DNA from: an uncultured virus (IMG/VR IMGVR_UViG_3300021185_003723)
Lineage: Duplodnaviria > Heunggongvirae > Uroviricota > Caudoviricetes
DNA length: 64,000 nucleotides
Direction: 5' to 3' (one strand)
IMG/VR virus record: IMGVR_UViG_3300021185_003723
Shown here one piece after another: positions 63,258 through 64,000 of this stretch (position 1 is the stretch's first letter; each line of letters opens with the position of its first letter). The translations under genes were made by a program, and so were the position numbers. The notes beneath the pieces were generated by a model that made no database searches, was not told the origin of the DNA, and was given only the letters and a program-made list of their open reading frames with translations.

Positions 63258-64000
63258 TTGAATTAGAACCATTTTGGGATATAGTAGATAGCGCAAAGGC
63301 CGAAGGCAAATATCGAGTATTCAATGATATTATTCGTGAACGCGGCAAGTTTCCTAAGGCTATATGGTACGGCAAATATGCTATCAAAGAAGTTGTTAAT
63401 TGGTGCAGTAACGATTATCTAGGCATGGGTCAAAACAAAATCGTCATCGATGCTATGCACACAGCACTTGAACAAACAGGTGCTGGTTCAGGCGGAACAC
63501 GAAATATATCAGGAACTTCTCACTATCACGTAGCGCTTGAGCTAGAGCTTGCAAAGTTGCATCAGAAAAGCGGCGCCTTACTATTCTCAAGCGCGTATGT
63601 GGCTAATGAGTGGACAATAATATCACTAGCTAAAATAATACCTAACATTTGCTTTATCAGCGACTCAAAGAATCATGCTAGTATTATTCAAGGCATAAAA
63701 CACAGTGGCGCACATAAGTCTATATTTCAGCACAATGATATGGAAGATCTTGAAGACAAGTTGAACGATGCTTTGCAGGATGATTTGATTCCGTGTGTAG
63801 TATTTGAATCTGTATATTCTATGGACGGCGATAAATCAGATATCGGAAACATAGTAGAATTAGCTGATAAGTACGAGGCAATGACTTATCTCGATGAGGT
63901 TCACGGCGTTGGTTTATATGGTTATAGCGGAGCCGGAATACTGGAAGATGAAAATTTACAAGATCGAATAGATATCGTTAACGGCACACTTGGTAAAGCG
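63254..64000 (+). CDS. hemA: 5-aminolevulinate synthase (partial, runs off window)
   Basis: Hand translation [62 protein letters not shown]. Confidence 0.9.
   Translation, partial: MIELEPFWDIVDSAKAEGKYRVFNDIIRERGKFPKAIWYGKYAIKEVVNWCSNDYLGMGQNKIVIDAMHTALEQTGAGSGGTRNISGTSHYHVALELELAKLHQKSGALLFSSAYVANEWTIISLAKIIPNICFISDSKNHASIIQGIKHSGAHKSIFQHNDMEDLEDKLNDALQDDLIPCVVFESVYSMDGDKSDIGNIVELADKYEAMTYLDEVHGVGLYGYSGAGILEDENLQDRIDIVNGTLGKA

Overview
64 kb of a large T4-like myovirus genome, nearly all coded on the minus strand. It contains the virion module (gp13-gp23, gp3), the replication/recombination module (uvsY, uvsW, gp55, gp47, gp46, gp45, gp44, gp62, regA, gp43, uvsX, gp41) and accessory regions. 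An alphaproteobacterial host is inferred from a permuted two-piece tmRNA, a 5-aminolevulinate synthase, a DUF1127 gene and a ROSE-like thermometer on hsp20. Main points of interest: (1) a 71-codon single-gene cassette with its own promoter and terminator whose coding strand has 4 G versus 59 C in 216 nt; (2) a T4 gp42-like dCMP-modifying enzyme coexisting with ThyX and surrounded by UDP-uronate and CMP-Kdo genes, in the slot where T-even phages keep DNA-glycosylation genes; (3) a 10-gene operon of Fe(II) oxygenase-like cupins, a desaturase, a GNAT-like protein and a methyltransferase; (4) a cluster of proteins whose N-termini resemble the T4 capsid-targeting sequence, including two nucleotidyltransferase-like enzymes; (5) several unannotated structured RNAs; (6) an AEP-type primase next to gp43. 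All calls come from motif recognition by eye; no searches were run.
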